Shown piece after piece: positions 1 through 11,900 of a stretch of 64,000 bases of DNA; position 1 is the first letter of the stretch, and each line of letters starts with the position of its first letter. Under the pieces are notes generated by a model. It searched no databases. It was not told the DNA's origin and saw only the letters and a program-made list of their open reading frames with translations. The position numbers and the translations under genes are program-made. The stretch is from Gnetum montanum (lineage: Eukaryota; Plantae; Gnetophyta), in contig MNCI01000175.1 of assembly GCA_015680685.1 (NCBI GenBank), positions 259,093 through 323,092 on the forward strand. Direction: 5' to 3'.

Positions 1-458
1 CACATGAAGTCTTCTTATAGTTACTATGTTGTTAAATCCTTCTTAAAACTCATGCAATGACTAGCTAACGGTCACTAATGATCATGGGAGACATCTTTTA
101 TACACTTGAGAAGTCTTTTTGAATTGGCCTTCAAATCTAGGAAGATGTCTCTGTTTCCTAAAATTTGTCTTTCTGAAGTATATACTCTAGAAGACATCTT
201 TTTGGACTTGTTGTATAATTTGCAAAGATGTCTTTATCTCATGAAAGATGTCTTTGTCTAAATTCACTTCAAATTTACCAAGACATCTACTACTTTCTGA
301 AGATGTCTTTCTTTACTTTCCCTTGTATGATGAATGCATCATTCCTTATCTACATCCAAGTTTAATCCAAATTATTATATTACAAGTAGAACATACATAA
401 ACAACCTTGTTTTCCATTTTTCTTAATGTTTTGACATGCTAAAACTAAAAGGTCAACA
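1..458 (-). repeat. 3' LTR (partial) of the SIRE-like element
   Basis: Starts TGTTGACC on the minus strand at 458 directly after PPT AAAGGGGAAGAT; aligns by eye to 5268-5798. Confidence 0.9.
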
Positions 459-550
459 ATCTTCCCCTTTTTGTTAATGTCCAAAACTTACAAAAATGAG
501 TTAGTCTTGTCCCAATAATGATAATGCATAATACTTCTTCCTCTTTTTGG
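459..550 (-). promoter_or_regulatory. Multiple polypurine tracts
   Basis: Minus strand AAAAAGGGGAAGAT abutting the LTR, and a second AAAAAGAGGAAGAAG at ~534-548; multi-PPT is a known Sirevirus trait. Confidence 0.75.
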
Positions 551-929
551 ACATAACCAAAAAGGTCAAACTGTAAATATATATAGATAGATATACAAAA
601 AAATCATCATAAAAGATATTCTATGAAAAGCATAAAGACATATAAAGGCCTATGGCAACCGAGGGTTAGGATAGGCATGGAGAATCAATAGGGCATGAGT
701 CGAGTAAAAGAGGTAAAATAAAAATTAATAGAATGCATATATATAATTGAAAAACACATCATCTATCCATAATCATCTACAACATGCTTTATATCAACTA
801 TCCATACGCATCTCAAAGTATAACTATCCATAGATTAATCACACATGTGCAAAGTCTAGAAATCACATATGTGAGAGTCACAAAATGTCTCATCCTATTT
901 AATCATTAAAAGGAGATATCAAAAAACCT

Positions 930-2545
930 ACTGAGGTCTCAATCACTAACCTTGGTAGCATTCTTAGATTTAGAATCCACCACTACTTCATATGGTTGAT
1001 AAGTCTCATCCTCATCGTCATCATTGTTGGTGCTAGGATGGTTGGATATTTGAGTGTTCTCATTTGAGGACTCAACTTGCTACATAGAAGCCTACCTAGG
1101 ATGAAGCTTCACTTGAAATTGAGAGGAAGATAGTGGAGTTGATGGAGCTAGCAGTTGCTAAATTGGGACTCATTAGAATGTGGTCCTAAAGATGCTCTCC
1201 ATAGCTTGTTACTCAAAAGAACTAGGAGCATCAACATGAGAGGAAGAAAAGGAAGTAGAAGGGATTGGAACATGATACTCTAGTTGTTGCATGGAAGCAT
1301 AGTTCTCCCCCTAAATACTAGCTAGGGATGCCTTTGGCTTAGAATTTGTCTCTTTCCCTAGGTCATAAGTGCATGAGGGACCTACTATTGATGAATAGTA
1401 TGGAGGAACAAGAGCATCTTCCTCACTATTAGAGATAAGAGTGGTGACCTTCTTAAATACTTGGCCATATAAGGAAGGAGGTATCCCATCCTCATCTAAG
1501 CTCTTGCACAAGTAAGGGAAATTCTTCCCAATCTTCCCAATGGCTTAGGAAATGGGTCTAAATATCCTCCTCAAAGAGGAAGTAATATGAGCTCGAGAAT
1601 ATTTTAATCTTCTCAATTGTAGTGATGCATCCTTCTTTTGCTTTAGCAATTTCATGCTAGATCCTACTACTACTATGTGAGAAGAAATCTTCTTCTCTAC
1701 GTACTCACTAAGACTTCACTTGCCTTTAAACAAAGAAAACTTTGTAATAGGTACACCCTTATTACTTATCAACATGCTAATGAGGTAATGGTATCCAAGG
1801 ATTCTCTCCCTAACATAGAGGCTTAATATATCTCTGTAAAGAGTGTGCCCTAGATCTAATGGTAATCCTATAAGAAAAAAATATAGTACATAGCCTTGGG
1901 CTAGTAGTAGATAACTATAACTACCTCCCTTTACCATTATATTATACAAAATAATAAGTGACAAGGTGAAGGCATCTGGAGTCATCTTGCTCTACTCAAT
2001 GTGATCCCAATCAACAGACATATCTCTTCCAAACAATACATCATAGAATTCATCATGAGCTATGGGCATAATACCATTTGTGTAAATGTCATGCATAAAC
2101 TCTATAGTAACCTAGAAGACATTAAGACTGGAAATACCCAGAAGTGCATTAACACTTTAAGGAGATACTTCAATAATAATCCCACTAATAGTGGATGTAA
2201 AAGCCCCTACAATAGCATTAGAAATAACAATGTTATAGTAGAATTCTTGAATTAACACTTTGGATGCAAGAAAATTCAAGAAAATGAATGTGGTCTAGTT
2301 CAAAAGTGTAAAATAGTCCAAGAAAGCTTATTGTCTATGTGGAGGGAAATTAAGAGAACACTTAGAAATAATAGTAGTAGTTCTTGTTATTTCAAACCTA
2401 TGTTGAGCATCTAAACTGTGAAACTAAGGAGTTTATGAGGATGACACACTACTAGAACTTCCTTGTGCACATTTCTTGGAAGGATTTTTGGACATTTTTG
2501 GGCCACCTCTACCAAAATCATTATGAATGGTGGAGCCCTAGTCAT
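930..2545 (-). pseudogene. env-like accessory ORF of the SIRE-like element (degenerate)
   Basis: Minus-strand reading includes LIQEFYYNI...FTSTISGIIIEVSP and ORF pieces 1716-1985 (IILYNIMVKGGSYSYL...GLPLDLGHTLY...LGYHYLISML) and 1311-1511; lies just upstream of the PPT/3' LTR. Ends approximate. Confidence 0.65.
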
Positions 2546-2899
2546 CTCTATGAAAGCATACAACAAAAATGGGGATTTTATCTTTTATAACCAAGAGTAA
2601 ACGAGGGTTTTGATGAAAATGAGATGTATTTTTTGATAGAAACACATCTTTTTCACATGTAAAAGATATAGTATATGTATTTCATTTATCAAATATTTAT
2701 CTCCCACAACAAAAAAAAATTCAAAGAGATGTCTTTGTTCTACCAAAGATGTCTTGGCAGAGACATCTTTCACTTTTGAAAGACGTCTTTCTTCAAAAGT
2801 TGAGATAAGGTTTTGGAAGGCTACCATTGGTTTATAGTATTAATTAAACATTAAAAACAAAAATAAAAAGTTACTTCTACCTACCTATCATGATATTAG

Positions 2900-4760
2900 A
2901 AGATGATGGTGTTTAAAGAGCTAAAGAATGTGTTTCCTCTTTTGAGGAATCTCCTTTGAATCGAACTTCTCCAATGTCTAATGCATGAATTCCTCTTAAA
3001 AAGTTTTTAGGGAAAGTATCCTAATGCCCTTGGTCTTGTTTAATTCTCTATTCCCTTTTAACAATCTTGGTTCTTTGGTTTGACTTCCAATATTCTTTAT
3101 GATCTTACATAAACCCCTTTCTTGATGCACTTTGATAAAACCAAGGAGTCTTGTGATATGTCCATGTACTCATATGATAAAACTTTAGATTGCACTCCCA
3201 TTGTTTATACCCAATCTTGTTACAATAATAACATCTAATTATCTGATTGAAAAAATAACTAGAAGGACCAAACCTTTAAGGATATTTATGTTGGATAGAA
3301 GCTTCCCTTAATGTAGAGTCCTTGTTCCTTGATGGTTCCTTTAAAGGAGATGAAGGTTCCTCTTCTTGGTGGTAGCATCTAAGTCCAATTTTGTCTTGTG
3401 GAATTCTTCCTTGTTTTATAACCATTCAAAGAGATTCTATTCCTTTTATTAGTATTTTATTCACAAGCTTAACATCAGTATGTTTTTCTTTTATTTGCTT
3501 ACATGATGTGGTTAGTGCTTCATTCTCAACCTTAAGGTCTAAGAATTATTTGTTAAGATCACAAATAGTTACGTTTAATGAGGATATTTCTTGATCTTTA
3601 TACTTGACACTTTTATTTAACTTAGTTCAAAGATTTTAAAACTTCAAAATTTCTTTACATAATAAATCAAACCTCTCATTGTCATTTAGTTCATTATCTG
3701 ATGAACCACCATCTATGAGAGCCATGCAAATGAGCTAAGAATTTTTTGCATCAGCCTCCACTTCTTCTTCACTATGTTCCCAATCATCCCAACTCATATA
3801 AAAGTTGGTATTCTTTCCTTTTTCAAGGGATTTGTTCTTGTATTGCATTCTGAGGCTACTAGGACATTTGGAGGCCACGTGTCCTCTACCTCTATACATC
3901 CAACATTCTATAGAAAAAGAATCTAAATTAGAGTTTAAAAAGTTCTTACCTCTTTCTTTACCTTTAGCCTGATTAAACTTTTTTCAGATATGCTTTTTTT
4001 TATTCCTAGCAATTAGTTGTTGTAGCTTTTTGGTGAGAAGGGTAATCTCATCTTCATTGCCCTCTTCATGCTCATTGATTTCCTTCTCCTTTGAAGTATT
4101 TTTTAAGGTAATGGACCTTTCTTGAATAGCTCCTTCACTTATGAGATTCATTTCATAAGCTATGAAATCACTTTTAAGCTCTTCAAATTTTAAGGTTAAG
4201 AAGTCTCTAATTTCTTTCATTAATGTGACTTTAGGCCTAAACTCTAATTGTAAAGTTTTAATCATCCTGATGATGACGTCACTTTTAGGTAAGTCTTTCC
4301 CTATTCCTCTAATGGCTATAGCAAGATCGTTAGCTCTAGAAAAATAATCCTTGATTTTCTCACCTTCTTGCATTTTGAGTTTATCATATTCACTTTGTGA
4401 AACTAATAATCTTGATTGCTTAACAATAGAGGTTCCTTCATAAGTAGCTTCTAAAAATTTTCAAGTTTCTTTGGCCATTTTACATCCTACTACCCTATTA
4501 AATTTAGATTTATTAAATGCATAATATAAAAAATTTGTTTCTTTTGAATAAAACATGAACATATCCTTTTCCTCTTGAGAGCATTTCTTACGAGACTTGA
4601 TGATGCCAATGGTACCATCAATAGGTAAAGTGTAGCCTTTCGAGATTGACTCCTAGACTTCAAACTTCATGGATTTGAAGAACCTTTACATTCGAGCTTT
4701 CTAATTGGTGAAGTTGAATCTATCGAACATGGGTCACTTTGAGTAAGATGTTCCCTCCAT
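2900..4760 (-). pseudogene. gag: Ty1/copia gag with extended Sirevirus-type C-terminus
   Basis: MEGTSYSK*PMFDRFNFTN*KARM start; LEATYEGTSIVKQSRL...KLKMQEGEKIKDY (UBN2-type); knuckles ECWMYRGRGHVASKC (~3870-3915) and RCYYCNKIGYKQWEC (~3190-3237); internal stops. Confidence 0.9.
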
Positions 4761-4797
4761 TGTTCATTCTTGAAGTTGATGAAATAAAGAATGCTAG

Positions 4798-4809
4798 GCT
4801 TTGATACCA
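4798..4809 (-). promoter_or_regulatory. Primer binding site, tRNA-Met(i)
   Basis: TGGTATCAAAGC on the minus strand, one mismatch to TGGTATCAGAGC, next to the LTR. Confidence 0.9.
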
Positions 4810-4811
4810 TT

Positions 4812-5798
4812 TTTGGATCGTAGAACTTAGAAGTAGGGGAATGAATACGTTTCCCAAATTGAACCTTTATAAAACAAAGCACACACACAAATTTACATGA
4901 TTCCCCAACATGGATGCTCCACACTTAAATGGTAGATCGCAAGCACACCTTTGGACTTTTTTGGTCTCAAAATGTGGTTGATGAGATCACACCTTGTATA
5001 ATCATTCATTGCCACTTTGGAGTTTTGTACCACAACACCAATCACTCTAGCCTACAAGATCCTAATAAGCTCAAGGAAATCAACTCCATAGGTCAACAAT
5101 AATAAGAATTACAAGGAATAATTGTAGCTCAATTTGTTGATCCCTGCACAATTAGGTACAACATACTTTACAAAGCCAAAATGATTAGACAATGAGGACC
5201 AATAGAGAATTCAATTATTATAAATGATTGTACAAGAATACAATAATGCATGAACTTTTTCCAATGGACATGAAGTCTTCTTATAGCTACCATGTTGCTA
5301 AATCCTTCTCAATACTCATGCAACAACTAGCTAATGGTCACTAATTGTCATGGCAGACATCTTTTCCATGCCTAAGACATCTCTCTAAATTAGCCTTCAA
5401 ATTTGGGAAGATGTCTTTATTTCCTGAAAGATGTCTTTTTAAAGTCTCTACTTTGGAAGACATCTTTGTCTTGTTAAACATGTCTTTCTAGACTTGGTCT
5501 TCAATCTACAAAGATGTCTTTTTCTAAGAAAGACATCTTGTTATTTTTGAAGATGAAAGATGTCTTTATCTAAGAAAGGAATCTTACGATTTCTAAAGAC
5601 ATCTTTGTTTGAATCCATGAAAAATCTACCAAGATGTCTATTGCTTCCTAGAGATGTCTTTCTTCACTTTCCCTTATATCATGAATGCATCATTCCTTGT
5701 TCACAACCAAGTTCTTATCTTGCAAGAATAACACACACAAATAAACTTGTTTTCCATTTTTGTTAATGTTTTTACATACAAATATTAAAAGGTCCATA
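4812..5798 (-). repeat. 5' LTR of the SIRE-like element (~1 kb), rich in AAGACATCTT/AAGATGTCTT motifs
   Basis: Bounded by the PBS on the left and AAAAGGTCCATA (equivalent to AAAAGGTCAACA at 447-458) on the right. Confidence 0.87.
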
Positions 5799-7932
5799 GA
5801 ATGGCCTGCTAAATGAGATACCATAGCCTATAGCTAAAATCCACCTTCTGGCTATATTCAAGTGGGTGGTCAATGATTTTATTAAATCCAAGCTATAATA
5901 TCTTGACCCATAGACACTTAGTTAAGTATTCTCCTAGAGCAAGAATATAGAGAATGCCATGGAGACTAGTCATGACCTAGCCTATGTGGCATACAAAAAT
6001 CAACACACATGAAGGAACAAGGAGAGGAATAAAAAAAATAATGTGGTTGTAACAACAATAACCAAAGTGGATAAAACCACTAACCAAGGGCCAAGGATCA
6101 ACCCACCCAAGGCCCCTACTAATCACTAAGATAACTAGCCATCAACCTCTAAGATCACAATAATCAAACCCAAATTTGAAAGTAAGGATAGGTTCAAATA
6201 TACTAGGTTGTCATTAAAAGCATCTAAGCTACTAGACCAATTGATGAGAAGTGGGTGCATTCAATACAAGCAGATGATTGAAGCTTCTTGAAAGAACCAT
6301 GATATGCTATCACCAACTTCTTGGTCATGATACAGACTTCTAACTTGCACTGAAGGATGACCTACAAAAGATGATAGATATGGGAGAGCTAGCTCTAGAT
6401 GCATGCAATCTTGTCTAACCATAGAAATAATTGATGCATGTGTATAAGAACACATTGAAAACCAACAATGTTGCATACATAATATTGATGTTTAACGTAG
6501 ATGACAATTGAGTGCATCCGAGGGAACCATTTGTGATTCGGGTACCTCCTCATGTTGAAAGAGCTTTCACCAGCTCAACATACCCCTTTTTTGTGAGAGT
6601 ACTATCATGAGTGCCTTCGAGGAAAATTTTTTCATTAAGAAGCCCTAGCCCACTATAGCCCAGCCAACCCCAATAACCAAATAGCAGCCTCTTGTGATGG
6701 CTAATGCCATATCTTCTTGCTCCAACACAACCAACAACAACCAAAAAGCCTCAACCATGTAGAGAAAGAATCATGAGAAAAAGCCTAATAATAAGGGTGA
6801 CAAGCAAAGTTAGGCATGAAAGGAAGTGGGCCAAACAAAGCCCATTCCCATATCTTCTATACACATCACCTTCTTTGCCCAACCCACCTCAACTAGCAAG
6901 CTATAGAAGGATCCCAAAATCCAAATTCAGAAGAAAGAGAAGACATCCCAACAACAACCTAAGGTTGAAGTTCATATTTTGGGATGCATAGAGAAAGTGA
7001 AGCATAAATAGGATGACAAGCCCACCACCAATGATAAAAACTTCCTTAGTGAGATGGAATAGGTTAAATAGTCCCTTAAATAGGAAAATACAACTTTGAT
7101 CCTATACAACTTGATTATGACTTCCACTACACATCATGAATTTCTAGTCAATATGTTGACCTCCATTCCAATTAGTGAAGACATTCATATAGCGATGGTC
7201 CCTCCTTCACCAAAGAAGGGGAAGTTAACACCAATAGTATTTTGTGATAGTGAAATTAGGGATAATCACCAAAATGGTGGAGTAACTAGGGCTTTTCTTT
7301 TCATAACCATATGTGTAGGAAAATTTAACATGCACCAGGTGCATGTAGATGATGGGGTTGTAACAAATGTTATTCCATGTACCATCATTGAGTGATTAGG
7401 ATTGATAGAGTAAATACAACACACATCAATAGTTACTTTCAAGTTCTTCAATGGATGAAGGATTTCTTTCAAGGGGTGTATCTCCTTGGATTTTTTGGTA
7501 GGAGAGTAATTCCCCACAACTACAGATTTCTTAGTGGTGGAAAAGATGCTAGGGTTTAACCTTATCTTGGAAAGACCTTGGTTGGATTAGTTACAAACTA
7601 TGTCCTCATCCATCTACCAAGAGATTTACCTTCCTTATGATGGAGGTGAAATCATCATTCATGGTGATAACATGGTGCCCCTAGCTATTAACAACATGGA
7701 CAAAGAGCAAGGATTTGAAGTAGAATTTCAAGAAGAAGCTTCTGGCGATGAAATCCAGCAACTTGAGAGAGAGGAGAAGGTCAATAATGACAATGGTGGG
7801 TAGTGGGATGTGTTACGGAATGAACTCCCTTTTAACATTTTCAGTGAAGGGGATGGTGAATACAAACTTGTCCAGAATAGACCTTACACATTTTCTAACT
7901 TTTCAAAAATTAGGAAGAGTCTACATAGTTGA
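5799..7932 (+). pseudogene. gag C-terminus and aspartic protease of the outer Tat element
   Basis: VVNDFIKSKL and KFESKDRFKYTRL match inner-element gag (33587-33990); protease QVHVDDGVVTNVIP...GFNLILERPW at ~7335-7585. Confidence 0.85.
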
Positions 7933-7986
7933 AATACACCTTGAACATTCCACCTCATTTTCTTCTAACCATATAATGATATGTAT

Positions 7987-8815
7987 TGATGAAGTGTCAT
8001 TAGTCAATGCGTCAACTAGGTCGTGTTTATGTGAAACCTGTTCCGACCTATAAATAAGAGGGCTTCCACCTCGCTTAGGTACCTTTTTGTCAGTTGTAGC
8101 AAAGCTCTTGCAATTTGTTTTTGCGAGAGTTAGAATATTTTCCAAGTGCCCACAGTAGGTGTAAGAAAGGTGTCTGGGTATTTATTCGAGCGCTGATGTA
8201 TCTAATCCCATTGGTATGAATGGCAATAAAGATAAGCTTTTCAAATCATTTCTTACAGCATTCGAACTTAGTCATTTAATGCATTTAATAGCTTAATATT
8301 TTTATTCTTTGATAATTACTTAAGTTTCTGTTGTTATTATTTTAATTGCTATCACTCATTCATAGTTAGTAGAAACCATAAGTATGACCATCTCAAACGT
8401 AAACCCAACACTTCACAACCCAGTGATGCTTAATGTCTGGTAACCAAGTAGTGGTTAGGGGATGCTCAAGACGTGCCTAGAAGATGGGATCAGATACTTA
8501 TGCTAGGAATAGTTAAGATATAGATTAGGATAATTATAGATTATATAATATTTTATTCCTTACTTTCCATACCTTAAATTAGATACCAAAAGGTAAAGTA
8601 AAAATCCATAAAAATCAATTACCTCAATCTCACTTAACCATTGCCACTTGAACATCACAAGTGAGGTTGGGAAGACAATGACTATTCTAACAAAGTGTTT
8701 TGTTGATTAAGGTTTGGTGTATGTAGAGTGCTTACAGTCTACGGAATTCGACCAAGTCGGGTGTGAACGTCGATGGTTTGCATGGTTTGGCGTAGGGGTA
8801 CCTAGCCACTCATCA
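7987..8815 (+). repeat. 5' LTR of the Athila-like element (829 bp)
   Basis: TGATGAAGTG...CACTCATCA; TATAAATA at ~8049; matches 20268-21172. Confidence 0.95.
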
Positions 8816-8816
8816 T

Positions 8817-8834
8817 TGGCATTATTGTCAACGA
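8817..8834 (+). promoter_or_regulatory. Decayed primer binding site, probably tRNA-Asp
   Basis: TGGCATTATTGTCAACGA one base after the LTR; differs from the Athila-type TGGCGCCGTTGCCGGGGA almost only by transitions. Confidence 0.6.
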
Positions 8835-8959
8835 CTGTTAGTCTTACATGTGCCAATTAACCTTAGCAAAATTATTATTCACATCGTTGGAATTGACCCA
8901 AGATAGTAAAACTTACACATGCTAGGCAGACTAAGTAAAAGGTAAAGTACACTGATTAA

Positions 8960-11900
8960 ATGGATCATCTAATATTCAACATGTCTTCTTCTCATAGGTG
9001 AGATGGATCCAACCCACCAGTGCCACAAGAATGTTGAGTGGTATACAAGCATCCAGATGAATATTTCCCTGACTTTACCTTCATCCTACATCAAGATGAA
9101 CATTCACGATGGCAAGACATGGAAGGAAACATCATACTACCGCCTAACTGATCGGCTCCTGGAATGTTTTTTCATAATCTTGTTAAACTAGGTATCCAAG
9201 ACTATGGCATGGAGTACATCATGAAGGATCATGACTACTAAGACTATCATCCCACTGAGGCCCAATAGGTACGAGATCAGTAGTAGGTAGAACGATATGA
9301 ACACATGAAGGGACAAAAATTTAGTAACTCCTTATTCTTGCAAGGGCTACAAGACGATGGGGAGCCTATCTTTCATGATTCCCATTTAGCCGAACTTCCT
9401 CTAGGACATCAGGTCATCCAATCCATCATCCAGAATAAGCAAGCAAGTGATTGGGACCCCTAGGATGATGGAAGATCACGTAGGAAAGGTTACAACACAA
9501 GCAAGGGTGGGCAAGAAGATCATGGTCACCACTAGAGCAAAGGGGAAGATCGACACCAGGGTGGTGGCAATCTCTCTTCCTCTTCTCCATCCTTTCACTC
9601 CCCACTACTCTCATCCAATTCAGACTCTAATCATAATCATGGTAGAAAGGAGTGAGGTGGTGGTGGTTGTAAGGACCGAAGGGAACGATGTGAGGAAGCG
9701 TGTGACCAATGACGTGAGGCTCACCATCATGAAAGGAGGGGTAGCCGAAATCATCATAGACATCATGATCCTTAGTGGGACTATGACTTGGATGAGCCAT
9801 TTTTGGCTACTTAGAGCATGCTCCATATTGCCGAGGTAGTTCAAATCCCTAGTAGGCACTTGAAAGATAGACGGATCAAATGCATCGACATACAGAACAT
9901 CCCCAAATTTGAAGGGGGATACAATTGTGATCCACAAACTCACCTGCAGGTGCTCCATGATGCTTGCATCCTACAGAATATTGATAATGATTGGAAAAAG
10001 CTTAATCTATTCCCTCGCACACTCATTAAGAAAGTAGAAAGTTGGTACCAGTCTTTGGAATTGGAATCAATCAGAAGATGGAGTACGATGCTTGAGATTT
10101 TCAATGACAAGTATCAAACTTACTCCAGGGTGGTGAATCTAAGATGTTAGATCCAAGGGTTGAAGCAAGGTAATCATAAACCCTTGGATGTAGCCATGAA
10201 AAGATACTATTCACTACTACATCGATGCCCTGGTCATGGCTACTCTCAGTGGGCACAACTTCACCATATCATTGATGGGCTTCACTTTGAAACGACAAAG
10301 ATGCTTAGTGTGTATGCCCAGGGATGATTATCAGAACTAAAGGCTCATCAAATGTAGTTCCTCATTGAGTAAGTGGCCAAAGAGGAGGGGGAGCTTAGAA
10401 AGAAGGAGAGTGCAAAGGAGTTTGATCGGGATCCTTCCATCAGAAAGAGGGAAGTCCAATTTTGCGAAGATGAGGAGGAATCACCACTAGAAGCAATGGT
10501 GAACCGAAAAACCTTGCCCCTACAAAATTTTGCATCTAAAATATCAGTAAAGGTTGATAAGATGTGGGACTCTTTAGAAAAAAAATTTCAAAGTATGCCA
10601 AAAATTGTAGAAGAGTCTAGAGAACAAGGTAATGATCATGATCGGCGTAGGAAGAAGGAAGCTGAATGTGTCCAACATAAGGGTAAGGGAAAAGTTTCTG
10701 TAGTAGAATAGGTTACAAACTCTAACATGGAGGAGGATGATGAATGTGAAATATGCCAATATGAACATCCTAAGGGGTGTTTTCTCATAGTGTCACATCT
10801 CCAAGAGTCTAGGATGTACACGTTGAATCCTCGCTTGGCGAAGAGGCAAACATCCCGAAGTTTTCCTTACCCACAAGGCAATCCTAGGCAATTCCACCAG
10901 TAGCAACAAGGGTGTTATCCAAGTGGAGCACCACCGCAACCATATGAATACTTCCAGCAGTGGAAACACCCACAAGCATGGGGGATGCCACATCCAAGGT
11001 AGCAGTACCCTTATCGATAGTCTGATCCCTATGGGTACTATGTTCAGAAACTAGTCTCTCTATGGGACTCTTCCAGTTACGCCACATTTCAGAATTATTA
11101 CCACCCCTAAGAATATTTCTAACCACAATCTCCATCACCCAGGGGCAAAATCCTACATCTTTACTATCCTCCATCACCTTCCCCTACCACCCCTTCTCCA
11201 TAACATCCCACTCAGCTACCACCTACTCCATCTATGCAAGTAAAGATACCACCATAGCCACTGCAAAAAAACACTATGAGGGCTGTCAACCTACAACCGA
11301 TGGCTCATCCAAGTGGACTAGAAACCGCAAAAATGTCTTTTTTGGCCCAATAATCTAAACATATCCTCACATACACTTGTGGCCAGTGCCTCTGAACCTC
11401 ACAGTGCCTCCACTATTCCACTGCTCGAGTAGCCTTCAAACTAAACACCCTCCAATGTAAAAATAGTCATGCTCACAAAAGCCATGACTGACTAGATAAA
11501 GGTAGGGCATCTTCCCTAGAAATTGATTGATCCAGGAAGCCCCCTCATCTATCTTCAGGTGGCAGGGAATGAGCCATGTAAAGCTATTCTGGACTCGAGG
11601 TTAGGAGTCAATTTGATCTCACATGACATGTACAAGAATTGGAACCTACCCCCATTAAAGAAGAGCAACATTTAGCCCAAGCTAGTAGACCAATCCATTA
11701 ATGTTCCCTTGGGATTGGTGGAAGAAATTATGACCATCATTTGTAGGTGGTCGTATCCTGCTGATTTCCTTGTCATCCGTGTGGAGAATTACAAGGGGTA
11801 CTTCCCAATCATAATGGGAAGAGCCTAGCTGAGCATGGTGGATGCAAGACTAGGACTCCGAGATCTTTCCCTTGAAATTTCAAATGAAAATCCTTTTAGA

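Larger units (their letters stand above)
1..5798 (-). mobile_element. Sirevirus (SIRE)-like Ty1/copia LTR retrotransposon, non-autonomous (gag + env-like ORF, no pol); 3' LTR runs off the window start
   Basis: Direct repeat of 1-458 at ~5268-5798; Met-i PBS at 4798-4809; AGGGGAATGAATAC at 4835-4848 resembles the Sirevirus LTR-end motif; multiple PPTs at 459-550; copia gag with two zinc knuckles. Confidence 0.88.

Noticed and set aside
2940-3000. Minus-strand TLEKFDSK resembling the copia post-integrase LGKFD motif
   Set aside because: Isolated short match with no flanking integrase or RT motifs; not enough to call a pol remnant.
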